IMG/VR virus record: IMGVR_UViG_3300010278_000172 | DNA from: an uncultured virus (IMG/VR IMGVR_UViG_3300010278_000172) | Lineage: Duplodnaviria > Heunggongvirae > Uroviricota > Caudoviricetes | Strand: one strand, 5' to 3' | DNA: 64,000 bases | In this document: positions 28,135 to 38,137 of the stretch, in pieces | Numbering within the stretch: position 1 is the first letter of the stretch | How the letters are laid out: every line of letters begins with the position of its first letter | Made by a program: the position numbers and the translations under genes | The notes under the pieces: model-generated | Database searches by the model: none | What the model was told of the DNA's origin: nothing | Seen by the model: the letters and a program-made list of their open reading frames with translations, nothing else

Positions 28135-28764
28135 ATGGAAATTATCACAATGAAGCTGGTGGACCTTGTGAAGCCGGAAAAGAATGTCAGAATTCATACG
28201 GAGCAACAGCTGAAGGAGTTCCAAAGAAGTGTCAAAATGTTCGGACAGATCCGTCCGATTGTTGTTGACGAAAACAATGTAATCTTGGCAGGAAATGGTT
28301 TGTATGAAACATTGATTGCCATGGGAAAAGAAACAGCTGATGTTTATAAGTATGACAATCTTACTGAAAATCAGAAAAAGAAGCTGATGATTGCAGACAA
28401 CAAGATTTTCAGCTTAGGTATTGAAAATCTCGATACACTCAATAGCTTTTTAGAAGACCTGCAGGGCGACCTTGATATCCCGGGCTTTGATGAAGACATA
28501 TTAAAGCAGATGGTGTCAGAGGCAGAGGATGTTACAGAAAAGCTCTCCGAGTATGGCACTTTGGATGATGAAGAAATCCAGAGTATTAAAGAAAGCGGAG
28601 AGAGAAAAGAACAGCAGATTCAAAAAGCGGAGGCGGAGCAGGCAACACCAGCACCGCAGCCAATTGCTCAGCCACAACAGGAAATGCCAGAGGACAGTGA
28701 AGATACCACCGAAGTAAAGAAATTTGTTATCTGTCCGAAATGCGGGGAAAAAATATGGCTATAA
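28135..28764 (+). CDS. ParB/Srx N-terminal domain protein with C-terminal Zn ribbon
   Basis: NVRIH, RPIVVDENNVILAGNG, ADNK, CPKCG. Confidence 0.8.
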   Translation: MEIITMKLVDLVKPEKNVRIHTEQQLKEFQRSVKMFGQIRPIVVDENNVILAGNGLYETLIAMGKETADVYKYDNLTENQKKKLMIADNKIFSLGIENLDTLNSFLEDLQGDLDIPGFDEDILKQMVSEAEDVTEKLSEYGTLDDEEIQSIKESGERKEQQIQKAEAEQATPAPQPIAQPQQEMPEDSEDTTEVKKFVICPKCGEKIWL

Positions 28765-29903
28765 AGCGGTGCGAATCCAGTATAGATGTTGTAAAGGCCG
28801 CCAAAATCCGTATAAGAAATGTATTCCAAAACGGATTGCCGGTGTATATGTCTTTCAGCGGTGGTAAGGACAGCCTTTGTATGGCACAGCTTGTTATGGA
28901 GCTTGTGCAGGCAGGGGAAATCAATCCGGCACAGCTTATTGTACAATTTATAGATGAAGAAGCCATTTTCCCTTGCATGGAAGATAAGGTGAGGGAATGG
29001 CGAAAAAGATTTATGTTAATTGGAGCAAAGTTTGAGTGGTATTGCCTTGAGGTAAAACACTACAACTGCTTTAATGAACTGTCCAACGATGAAACATTTA
29101 TTTGTTGGGACAGATATAAAAAAGATGTTTGGGTAAGACAGCCACCATCATTCGCAATCAGAAACCATCCGCTGTTAAGACCTCGCATTGATGCATATCA
29201 GGATTTTCTTCCAAGAATATGCAGCGGAGGAATTACGATTACAGGAATCCGAACAGCGGAATCAGTACAGAGACTGCAGAATATTGCAACTATGCTGAGA
29301 GCAGGAAAGACCATGACGAATAAACACCAGGTATTTCCGATATATGATTGGACCAATAATGATGTATGGCTTTACCTCCTTCGGGAAAAAGTTGACATAC
29401 CAGAGATTTACCTGTTCTTGTGGCAGTCAGGAACACGAAAAGGACAATTGAGGGTATCGCAGTTCTTTTCGATTGACACGGCAAAAAGCCTTGTCAAAAT
29501 GAATGAATATTATCCGGATCTTATGGAACGGATAGTAAGGCGAGAACCGAACGCATATCTGGCCGCCTTGTATTGGGATAGCGAGATGTTCGGTAGAAGC
29601 ACAGCTGCAAGAAAACAAAACGAGAAGGGGATGACGGAAAAAGATTATAAGGCCGCCCTTTTAGAATTGTTTTCTGATATGGATGGAAATTTCCAAACGA
29701 AGCACAAGAGATATGTTGCGGAACGATACAGGAACTTCTTTATGAGTGTTTCTGCTATTGCGGACAATAAGGATTGCAAGGCTATATATGAAGGACTTAT
29801 TTCTGGTGATCCAAAGCTGCGTTCCTATCGTGCTTTATATCAGAGAATCTATGGTAAATACATTACAGAAGCCAAAAAGAAGGAGGGCATGACAAATGGA
29901 TAA
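28755..29903 (+). CDS. PP-loop (PAPS-reductase-like) protein B, IbrA/YbdN-like
   Basis: SFSGGKDS, FIDEEA, GIRTAES..R, PIYDW...DVW, LRVSQ. Confidence 0.8.
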   Translation: MAIKRCESSIDVVKAAKIRIRNVFQNGLPVYMSFSGGKDSLCMAQLVMELVQAGEINPAQLIVQFIDEEAIFPCMEDKVREWRKRFMLIGAKFEWYCLEVKHYNCFNELSNDETFICWDRYKKDVWVRQPPSFAIRNHPLLRPRIDAYQDFLPRICSGGITITGIRTAESVQRLQNIATMLRAGKTMTNKHQVFPIYDWTNNDVWLYLLREKVDIPEIYLFLWQSGTRKGQLRVSQFFSIDTAKSLVKMNEYYPDLMERIVRREPNAYLAALYWDSEMFGRSTAARKQNEKGMTEKDYKAALLELFSDMDGNFQTKHKRYVAERYRNFFMSVSAIADNKDCKAIYEGLISGDPKLRSYRALYQRIYGKYITEAKKKEGMTNG

Positions 29904-30417
29904 GAAATTGAGTAGTCCGCTTTCCACTCTCCAATGGGTAGACAGGGACAGAGTAAAACCAAACGATTACAACCCAAATAAAGTATCGAAGCAGAACTTG
30001 GAATTGCTGAAGCAATCCATACTAACCAACGGATGGACGCTGCCGATTGTCGTGAGACCAGATTTCACGATTATTGATGGCTTTCATCGTTGGACTGTTG
30101 CAGGGGAAGAACCTCTGAAATCAATGCTTGAAGGCAAGGTTCCTGTTGTAATTGTAGAACATAAGGATAAAGCCGGTAATATTTACGGTACTGTAACCCA
30201 CAACAGGGCAAGAGGTACACATTTGCTTGAACCTATGAAAGCGATTGTTAGAGAGCTTATGGGAGAGGGGAAATCTGTTGAAGAAATCGGTAAGCAGCTT
30301 GGTATGAGACCAGAGGAAATATTCCGATTATCGGACTTCTCCAAAGAGGACTTTTTGAATATGATGATTAAACCAAATCAAGGTTATTCAAAAGCAGAGT
30401 TTATAACGAAGATTTAA
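29896..30417 (+). CDS. ParB/Srx-like protein, IbrB/YbdM-like
   Basis: PNDYNPN, PIVV, IIDGFHR, HNRARG, C-terminal HTH. Confidence 0.82.
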   Translation: MDKKLSSPLSTLQWVDRDRVKPNDYNPNKVSKQNLELLKQSILTNGWTLPIVVRPDFTIIDGFHRWTVAGEEPLKSMLEGKVPVVIVEHKDKAGNIYGTVTHNRARGTHLLEPMKAIVRELMGEGKSVEEIGKQLGMRPEEIFRLSDFSKEDFLNMMIKPNQGYSKAEFITKI

Positions 30418-30518
30418 TGTTAAAACAATAAATATTCGTGAGAGTGACACACGGGAGGGCATACACCCTCCCTTTTGTGCGTCCACGATTGCAAAACGAA
30501 CAGGAGAGAGGTGGTGAT

Positions 30519-31328
30519 ATGCCGAGAGCACCGAGCGAGAAAGTAACACAAGCTGAAAAGCTATTCAACGATGGTATGGCAATGGTTGAGATTGCTAAGA
30601 AACTGGAAGTTTCAGACGGAACAGTACGCAGCTGGAAGAACCGGTACGGATGGGGAAAAGCCTCAAAAAAAAACAAGTGCAACGTTGCGAAAAAAAATGA
30701 GAAGAAAAATGCAACGTTGCAAAAGAAAAAGAGGGGAGGTCAACCAAAAAATCAGAATGCAAAAGGCGGTTCTGGCAATCCAAACCCAAACCCTCCACCA
30801 GACAGAACAAAGCATGGCGGTTATGTTCCTGTATTTATGGATGCGTTGGATTCAGATGAGCAGGAACTTCTTGAGTCTATTCCAGAAGATACAGAGCTTC
30901 AACTGATGGAACAGATACAGCTTTTTTCGATTAGAGAGCGAAGAATACTTAAAGCAATCAATAAATACCGCGAACAAAAAGGAGAGGTTGCGGTAATGGA
31001 TGTGAACCGAAGCGAGTCAAAGCGCTCGTTTAAAGACCAAGAGGAAGAGGCAGAGTACGATAGGCGCCAGAAGGAGAAGGTTGATAATAAAGAAATTCTT
31101 CCGGGTAAGTCCTATAATATAGCAACACACACAGCTAATAAGGATATGATCATAGCGAGGCTGGAACAGGAACTTTCTACTGTGCAGAGCAAAAAGACAA
31201 AGGCTATTGAAGCGTTGTCCAAGTATCGCATAGAAAAGGCAAGGCTTGAAAGTGAAAGTGCTGGCAACGATGCGGTTGATGATTGGATTGCAGCTGTATT
31301 GGGAGAGGAAGTGAGCGAAGATGAATAA
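30519..31328 (+). CDS. Terminase small subunit
   Basis: N-terminal HTH (EIAKKLEVSDGTVRSWKNRYGW), GGQPKNQNA, KHG; precedes TerL. Confidence 0.85.
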   Translation: MPRAPSEKVTQAEKLFNDGMAMVEIAKKLEVSDGTVRSWKNRYGWGKASKKNKCNVAKKNEKKNATLQKKKRGGQPKNQNAKGGSGNPNPNPPPDRTKHGGYVPVFMDALDSDEQELLESIPEDTELQLMEQIQLFSIRERRILKAINKYREQKGEVAVMDVNRSESKRSFKDQEEEAEYDRRQKEKVDNKEILPGKSYNIATHTANKDMIIARLEQELSTVQSKKTKAIEALSKYRIEKARLESESAGNDAVDDWIAAVLGEEVSEDE

Positions 31329-32751
31329 GAACTCACGGACATTACGAAGAAAATTCTTCCAGAAGAAAATCCCAATATACAGGAAAAATCCGGTGCTATT
31401 TGCACAAGAGGTATTGCTGTTTGAGCCTGATGATTGGCAAAAACAAGCTTTGATGGATTTGGCAGAAAGCCCGAAGGTTGCAATCAAGTCTGGACAGGGT
31501 GTTGGAAAAACAGGTATGGAAGCTGTTGCTTTGCTATGGTTTTTATGCTGCTATCCCTATCCAAGAATTGTTGCAACAGCTCCTACCAAACAGCAGTTGC
31601 ACGATGTATTGTGGTCCGAAGTCAGCAAGTGGATGAGCAAGTCTCCTTTGCTCTCAGACATCCTCAAATGGACGAAGACCTATATTTATATGGTTGGCAA
31701 CGAAAAGCGTTGGTTTGCCGTAGCTAGGACTGCTACAAAGCCGGAGAATATGCAAGGTTTTCACGAAGATAATATGCTGTTCATTGTTGATGAAGCTTCT
31801 GGTGTTGCAGATCCTATCATGGAAGCAATACTCGGTACTCTTTCTGGTGCAAACAATAAGCTGCTGATGTGCGGAAACCCTACAAGAACATCTGGAACAT
31901 TTTACGATGCTTTCAATGTGGATAGGTCAATATACAGGTGCCATACGGTATCGTCGGCAGATAGCAAGAGGACCAACAAACAGAATATCGAATCTCTCAT
32001 ACGGAAATATGGGAAAGACAGTAATGTTGTTCTTGTCCGTGTGTTCGGAGAATTTCCAAAGCAGGAAGATGATGTGTTTATAGCCCTTTCCATAGTAGAG
32101 CATTGCTGCATGTTGGATTTGCCAGACGATGTTCCTATTAAGCGAATATCATTCGGTGTGGATGTTGCGAGATATGGCTCGGATGAAACAGTTATTGCTA
32201 AGAACGTAGGAGGAAGAATAACGCTTCCTGTATCATTCAGAGGGCAAAGTCTTATGACAACAGTTGGAAAGATTGTGCAGCTCTATAGGCAAGCTATAAC
32301 AGAGTTCCCACGATACAGAGGGAAGATATACATTAACATTGATGATTGCGGCCTTGGCGGCGGAGTTACAGACCGCCTTGAGGAAGTAAAGCAGGAAGAA
32401 AAGCTCACACGAATGGTGATTGTTCCGGTTAATGCCGCAGGTAAAGTTCCGGAAGAAACAATTGGTGATGGGAAGCAGAAAGCCTGTGATATTTACGACA
32501 ATATGACAACATATCTTTGGGGCACAGTGAAAGATGCCTTGATGATGGAGGAAGTAAGTCTGGAAAATGACAATGAGCTTGTCGCTCAGTTTACTTGCAG
32601 GAAATACAGGCTGACGAGCAGGGGAAAGATGCTGCTTGAAAGCAAAGAGGAAATGAAGAAACGAGGAATTGATTCCCCGGATAGAGCAGATGCGGTTGCG
32701 CTGTCTTGCTATCAGAAAAAGACATTCAATATTGGAAGTCTCGTAGATTAG
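31321..32751 (+). CDS. Terminase large subunit
   Basis: Walker A SGQGVGKT, Walker B IVDEA, GNP, nuclease GVDVAR, SPDRADA. Confidence 0.93.
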   Translation: MNKNSRTLRRKFFQKKIPIYRKNPVLFAQEVLLFEPDDWQKQALMDLAESPKVAIKSGQGVGKTGMEAVALLWFLCCYPYPRIVATAPTKQQLHDVLWSEVSKWMSKSPLLSDILKWTKTYIYMVGNEKRWFAVARTATKPENMQGFHEDNMLFIVDEASGVADPIMEAILGTLSGANNKLLMCGNPTRTSGTFYDAFNVDRSIYRCHTVSSADSKRTNKQNIESLIRKYGKDSNVVLVRVFGEFPKQEDDVFIALSIVEHCCMLDLPDDVPIKRISFGVDVARYGSDETVIAKNVGGRITLPVSFRGQSLMTTVGKIVQLYRQAITEFPRYRGKIYINIDDCGLGGGVTDRLEEVKQEEKLTRMVIVPVNAAGKVPEETIGDGKQKACDIYDNMTTYLWGTVKDALMMEEVSLENDNELVAQFTCRKYRLTSRGKMLLESKEEMKKRGIDSPDRADAVALSCYQKKTFNIGSLVD

Positions 32752-32762
32752 GAGGTGAGGAA

Positions 32763-34925
32763 ATGCAGGACAATGAGAAAGAAAGCAGAGCAGATGGATA
32801 TAAGAATCTGATGAATAAGTATGGTACTCAAGATGATGTGTCAGAGCAGTATCGCTTTGAGAGTGATGATCCTGTAACTGATGTGGAGCTCACACTGAAC
32901 TACGAGGAAAACGGATTGTTCGCTAAGATAATAGATATCCCATCTGATGATGCTGTTAGTAGTGGATTTGAATATGGTGTAAATGATGTTGACCTGGAAA
33001 CATTTATCAATGATTCACTTGACGAGTTGGACTTTGAGGGTGCAGCTTCTACAGCTATCAAATGGTCGAGACTATATGGCGGTTCGCTTATGGTGATGAT
33101 AATTGATGATGGGAAACAGATTGATGAGCCTGTGGATTGGGATAATATCAGAGGGATTGATGAACTGCTTGTGTTTGAAAGACCTTTGATTACACCAGAT
33201 TACAACAGCATATATAATCACGATCCAAAGACCGGTAAATGGTCGAAATTTGGAAAGCCTGAATTCTACGATGTATCTCCAATGTATGGCAAGCAGTTTC
33301 GTGTCCACGAAAGCAGGTGCCTATTGTTCAAGAATGGAACTCTTCCACAGTCAAGTTCAAGAACCGAGTATCGGTTCTTTGGAATGCCGGAGTACACGAG
33401 AATACATAAAGCCTTGCAGGAAACTGTTACATCGCATGGAAATGGAGTTAAACTGCTTGATAGGGCGGTACAGGCAATTTACAAGATGAATGACCTTGCC
33501 AATCTTCTGGAAACAGACGAGGGTGAGGATATTGTTCTTAGAAGATTGCGTATAATTGATATGGCGAAAGGCATCATCAATTCTATAGCTATTGATGCGA
33601 ACGGAGAAGATTACGATTATAAGACTGTGACATTTTCCGGAGTAAAGGATATTATCGATGCGACATGCAATATGCTTTCGGCAGTAACAAACATCCCACA
33701 GACGAAGCTCTTTGGAAGGTCACCAGCCGGCGAAAACTCCACCGGAGAGGGAGATATGGAGAACTATTACTCCTATGTGAATAAGATTCAGAAGTTGAAC
33801 CTCAAAAGAAATCTTGGAGTGCTGATTGATATTATCTTGATAGCCGGAAAGTATAAAGGCGAGTTCGAGGAAATACCGGATTATACACTGAAATTTAAAC
33901 CTCTTTGGAACCTGAGTGAAGCGGAACAGGCTGGGGTTGATCAGACGAAGGCGGCAACTGAACTTACAAAGGCACAGACCGCACAGGTTTATGTCGATAT
34001 GCAGGCTCTTGATGCTTCGGAAGTCAGAAAGCGATTGGCAGAGAACGGAGAATTTACTGTTAATGATATTCTGGATGATGAAGACGATTGGGAGGCTATG
34101 GTAGATGATGCTCCGGTTAATGCCAATGAATCAGCCGAAACATCGAATACAGCATTGTCTGCAGAAACAAAAGCACCAAAGGAGCAAGAAGAAACTGAAA
34201 CTGATTCAGCAACGGATACAACTATTCCTACCGGATGCGGTGTCATTGTTGTGAAAGATGGGAAAGTGCTTGTTGGCACAAGGAAAGACAATGGACTTGT
34301 GTGTGGACCTGGAGGACATATTGAAATAGGGGAAACACCGGAAGAGGCAGCTATAAGAGAAACAAGGGAAGAATTTGGGATTAACATAGCAGATATTATT
34401 CCTGTTACTCTTGTTTCTGGAATGTCTGAAGAATATTGTCCATCACAGGTATTCCTTTGCACGGAATATTATGGAGAACCGATATGCTTCAATACAGAGA
34501 TGGAAAATGCCCGATTTGAGGATGTTGAAAGTCTTCTCGATATGAATTTGTTTCTTCCGTTCAAACTGTCGCTCGAAGACTTTTTAAGACAGCTTAATGA
34601 AATCCGATTGACACTTGATGAAAGTCAAAGTAATATAGAGACAGATGGAGGTCCTGGCTCCGGAAGATACCCAAAAGGTAGCGGAAAAAAGAATGAAAAG
34701 AGCGGCTCTAAGAAAAAGAAATCCCAGTCCTTGCCAATGACTGCAAAGGAAAAGGCGAAGGTGACGCATGATATAAATAATGTGTATCACGCAAAGTATA
34801 AGGGTAAGTCGAGCTGCTATATAAGGACGCATTCAAATGAGCCAGATAGCCCAGCTTATGTATATCGATTCAGAAACCATGGCTTTGATGATTACGAAAT
34901 ATACATGAAGGAATCCACAGATTAA
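32763..34925 (+). CDS. Portal protein (DUF1073-like) fused to a Nudix hydrolase and an unknown C-terminal domain
   Basis: Portal motifs RLYGG, IPQTKLFGRSPAG, DMENYY, FKPLW; Nudix box GHIEIGETPEEAAIRETREEFG; then DGGPGSG and a basic tail. Confidence 0.85.
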   Translation: MQDNEKESRADGYKNLMNKYGTQDDVSEQYRFESDDPVTDVELTLNYEENGLFAKIIDIPSDDAVSSGFEYGVNDVDLETFINDSLDELDFEGAASTAIKWSRLYGGSLMVMIIDDGKQIDEPVDWDNIRGIDELLVFERPLITPDYNSIYNHDPKTGKWSKFGKPEFYDVSPMYGKQFRVHESRCLLFKNGTLPQSSSRTEYRFFGMPEYTRIHKALQETVTSHGNGVKLLDRAVQAIYKMNDLANLLETDEGEDIVLRRLRIIDMAKGIINSIAIDANGEDYDYKTVTFSGVKDIIDATCNMLSAVTNIPQTKLFGRSPAGENSTGEGDMENYYSYVNKIQKLNLKRNLGVLIDIILIAGKYKGEFEEIPDYTLKFKPLWNLSEAEQAGVDQTKAATELTKAQTAQVYVDMQALDASEVRKRLAENGEFTVNDILDDEDDWEAMVDDAPVNANESAETSNTALSAETKAPKEQEETETDSATDTTIPTGCGVIVVKDGKVLVGTRKDNGLVCGPGGHIEIGETPEEAAIRETREEFGINIADIIPVTLVSGMSEEYCPSQVFLCTEYYGEPICFNTEMENARFEDVESLLDMNLFLPFKLSLEDFLRQLNEIRLTLDESQSNIETDGGPGSGRYPKGSGKKNEKSGSKKKKSQSLPMTAKEKAKVTHDINNVYHAKYKGKSSCYIRTHSNEPDSPAYVYRFRNHGFDDYEIYMKESTD

Positions 34926-34937
34926 GGAGGTTGTCCT

Positions 34938-35138
34938 ATGAAAGAACAATTATTATCTGAATTGAAGGAATTGACTGAAAATGTCTCAGACACATACGAT
35001 GACTTTGTGTATGGAATAAACTGTACAATGAAAAAGCAGGATGAAGAGGACATTCAAAGTGTCATTGATTTCATCAAAGAGAATCCAGAGAGAACATCAT
35101 CCGATATTATTGAGTATTTGGATGAACTTGGAATATAA
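34938..35138 (+). CDS. Small acidic protein, immunity-like position
   Basis: 66 aa, strong AAGGAGG RBS, directly after the portal extension. Confidence 0.65.
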   Translation: MKEQLLSELKELTENVSDTYDDFVYGINCTMKKQDEEDIQSVIDFIKENPERTSSDIIEYLDELGI

Positions 35139-35143
35139 GATAC

Positions 35144-35216
35144 GAGCCTTGCTGAGCGTGAGGCTCTTTTCTTTTGCCCTGTAGTGCCGCTAATTGTGGC
35201 ATTATGGGGCTTTTTT
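35144..35216 (+). terminator. Two tandem terminator-like hairpins
   Basis: GAGCCT...AGGCTC-TTTT and GCCCTGTAGTGCCGC-TAATT-GTGGCATTATGGGGC-T6. Confidence 0.6.
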
Positions 35217-35267
35217 AGTGCCAACAGTCAAATAGACGATTATAAGCTAATTTCCGAATAAGAGGCA

Positions 35268-36209
35268 ATGAGAGAAGGTGAGAGTTTGGATGAAAGATTA
35301 AGAAAAGAACTGTTGCGGTCTGAATTAAAAGAGCGGAATAAGGGGAAAAAGATTATCCGATGCAAATACAGACCCAAGTATCCTGACAGTGCAGAAAGAG
35401 AGTATGTAAGATTGATAAATGCCTATATGACCATTGAGAAAGAAGTGCTTATGAAGTATATACCAGAGATTAAGCAAATACTCAATGATGGTACACAGCT
35501 GCATACTGATTCCAAGAAAGATAACGAGAAGAAACGCAGGACAGCTCGTTTTTCAGCTTTGGATAATACAATAGTCCGTCTTACAATTCTTTTTAAGACT
35601 ATTCAGAGAGAGCTTGATAGTGCCTTTGGACTTTATGATTTGAAAAGGCAGATAAATAGAATTGCCAACCTTGATCACAAACTCACAGTTCGGGAATGGA
35701 AAAAAGCAGTAAGTAAGACATTAGGTATTGATTTGCTTGATGACTATTATTCTGGAGAATATTACGCACAGATATTGGAAAAGTGGGTGTCTGACAATGT
35801 GGACTTAATAAAGACGGTTCCTAATCAATCTCTTGAGCGGATGAAGGAACTGGTTTATGAAAGCTATATGAAAGGTTCAACCACAACGAATATCGTAAGA
35901 GAAATTCAGCGCCAATATGGAATGAGTAAGCGTCATGCAAAACTAATAGCCAGAGACCAGACAGCGAAGCTTAATGCAGATATTACGGAGAGCCAACAGA
36001 GGGATGCGGGTGTGTCAAAGTATGAATGGTCTGGAGTAATGGATAGACGAGAGCGGAAAAGCCATAGAGAGCTGGAAGGAAAGATAATCAGCTGGGACAA
36101 TCCGCCAGATGTAGGAAATGGCAGAAAATGCCATCCTGGACAGGATTATCAATGCCGGTGTTGCGCAATTCCGGTGTTTGATATAGATAATCTGGATTTG
36201 CCAGTTTGA
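35268..36209 (+). CDS. Minor head protein (MuF / SPP1 gp7-like)
   Basis: AKLIARDQTAKLN, YEW....D.RER.SH, HPGQDYQCRC. Confidence 0.9.
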   Translation: MREGESLDERLRKELLRSELKERNKGKKIIRCKYRPKYPDSAEREYVRLINAYMTIEKEVLMKYIPEIKQILNDGTQLHTDSKKDNEKKRRTARFSALDNTIVRLTILFKTIQRELDSAFGLYDLKRQINRIANLDHKLTVREWKKAVSKTLGIDLLDDYYSGEYYAQILEKWVSDNVDLIKTVPNQSLERMKELVYESYMKGSTTTNIVREIQRQYGMSKRHAKLIARDQTAKLNADITESQQRDAGVSKYEWSGVMDRRERKSHRELEGKIISWDNPPDVGNGRKCHPGQDYQCRCCAIPVFDIDNLDLPV

Positions 36210-36249
36210 AAGGAAGTGGTTGCATTGAAAAAGTGACAGAAAGCAGGAG

Positions 36250-37608
36250 GTGCAGAAAGTGAAGCTGAAACGAATTGACAGCATTTCCATGGATCAGACT
36301 TATTACACAGATGAAGGCTATCTTGTAGATCACCCAATCGTGACTACATGTGGCATATTTGAGTATAAGAATGATGATGGAAGCACACGGAGGGAACTCC
36401 GATTGCCTGAGAATGTCTTTGACAAGAAATCGTTGGAGAGTTACAAGGGCAAACCAATCATCATTACACATGATGCTGGAGAAGTGGATAAGGAGAATGT
36501 CCGCAGAGAACAGATAGGCACAATTATGAGTGAAGGATACAGGGATGGAGATAGCGTTCGCTGTGAGATTATTATTCATGATACAAATGCTTTGAAAAGT
36601 TGCGGATTGAAAGAGTTATCCCTTGGATACAGCCTTGATACTGATGATACTCCGGGAGTATATCACGGAGAGAAATACGATTGTATTCAGAAAAATATCG
36701 AAATTAATCATCTTGCACTTGTCGGAGAAGCAAGAGCGGGAGAAACTGCTCGCTTGAATATCGATGGCAAGGATGATGATACACAAATCTTAAAAGGAGG
36801 CAAAGCAATTATGTACAAACCTAATTCAAAAGGCCGCAGAGCTGATGAGGGCGAAGAGCTTACACCAGAAGAGATGGAAGCTGCTATTGCTTTATTCAAG
36901 GCTCAGAAAGCCGCAAATCAGGCAACTGGTGAGGGAGTTGATGGAGAAGATCCAGAGGAAACACCAGCAGACAATCCGGAGGAAAATGGAGAACCGGAAA
37001 AGACACCCGTTGAAAAGGTCAAGGAGAATATTGACCGCAGAGATGCTGAGGGTGATGGTATGTCGCCAGAGGATATTATTGCAGAGCAGAAAGCAGATCT
37101 TGATACTCTCTTACAGGAGATTGACAAGATGCAGGCTCAGAGCGATATGAATGGTGATGAAGGAGAAGATACTGGAGAGAAAGATGAAACTGCTCCTACA
37201 GACGAAAACACAGATTCGGATGATGAGGGAGCGGGTGCAGAATGCGATCCGGAGAAACAGAAAGGAGTAAACATGGATTCTGTGGATAAAATTATTCAGG
37301 ACCGCCTTGATGTGTGCCGAATGGCTGACCGATTAAACCTTGATGGAGTTGAGGGACTTTCGGTAAGAGAAGGAAGAAAACGCATTATCAAGGCAGTTAA
37401 TCCGAAGATGAATCTTGATGGAAAGAGTGACAGCTATATCAATGCAGCTTATGACATTGCAAAGCAGTCATTCCATGAGAGAAAGAGCACTAATGATCAG
37501 AGAGAGAGAATTGCAGCTGATAAGGTCCGCAAGGATGCAAAAGAGGTTAGTAATTCAACATCTGCTCGTAAGAAAATGATTGCGAATATGACAGGAGGTA
37601 GAAAGTAA
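36250..37608 (+). CDS. DUF2213 head protease/scaffold protein
   Basis: TDEGYL, ELSLGY, INHLALV..ARAG, acidic C-terminal scaffold region. Confidence 0.85.
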   Translation: MQKVKLKRIDSISMDQTYYTDEGYLVDHPIVTTCGIFEYKNDDGSTRRELRLPENVFDKKSLESYKGKPIIITHDAGEVDKENVRREQIGTIMSEGYRDGDSVRCEIIIHDTNALKSCGLKELSLGYSLDTDDTPGVYHGEKYDCIQKNIEINHLALVGEARAGETARLNIDGKDDDTQILKGGKAIMYKPNSKGRRADEGEELTPEEMEAAIALFKAQKAANQATGEGVDGEDPEETPADNPEENGEPEKTPVEKVKENIDRRDAEGDGMSPEDIIAEQKADLDTLLQEIDKMQAQSDMNGDEGEDTGEKDETAPTDENTDSDDEGAGAECDPEKQKGVNMDSVDKIIQDRLDVCRMADRLNLDGVEGLSVREGRKRIIKAVNPKMNLDGKSDSYINAAYDIAKQSFHERKSTNDQRERIAADKVRKDAKEVSNSTSARKKMIANMTGGRK

Positions 37609-38120
37609 TGAGCACAGCAGTACAGACAAGTTATGGCTTTGGCTTTCCTAAAGGAGTGGCCGGCGGGCTGTTTGATTTATCGGCCCATGATGTTACAACA
37701 AGACAGGCAGAAGGTGATGGTGTTGCATTTGGTCTTGGTGTTGTCGTTGGAACAAATAAAGGCACTGACGTAAAACTTCCGGCAACAGGTGCAACGTCTG
37801 ATGATTTTGAGGGTGTTGTAGTACACAATTCTGTTATGGTGGAAAAGGATATGGATAACAATGTTTCCATCAACAGCAAGCGTACAGTAGGCTGCCTTCA
37901 TTTTGGAAGAATTTGGGTGCAGACTGGAGCAGCAGCTAAACCTGCATACAAGGAGAAGGTTTACTTAATTACGGATGGTGATGAGGCAGGAAAGTTCACA
38001 ACATCTGCAGATACAGCAACCAAGGTGGAAGTAAATGCTATTTTCCTTGGAGAAACTGATAATGGCATTGCAAACGCAGAGTTCAGACCGGGTGCGGTTG
38101 TGAAAGCTGCGGAGAAATAA
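37608..38120 (+). CDS. Head decoration/cement protein
   Basis: Position between scaffold and capsid; FGLGVV, GRIWV. Confidence 0.65.
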   Translation: MSTAVQTSYGFGFPKGVAGGLFDLSAHDVTTRQAEGDGVAFGLGVVVGTNKGTDVKLPATGATSDDFEGVVVHNSVMVEKDMDNNVSINSKRTVGCLHFGRIWVQTGAAAKPAYKEKVYLITDGDEAGKFTTSADTATKVEVNAIFLGETDNGIANAEFRPGAVVKAAEK

Positions 38121-38137
38121 GAAGGAGGTATTCACGA

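Noticed and set aside
27228..29903. cysH-type sulfate assimilation auxiliary metabolic genes
   Set aside because: Both lack the ECGLH catalytic tail and are paired with ParB-like genes; no other cys genes nearby
32763..34100. Calling the portal an anti-CBASS Acb1 protein
   Set aside because: No paired HxT/HxS 2H-phosphoesterase domain recognised; the appended enzyme is Nudix
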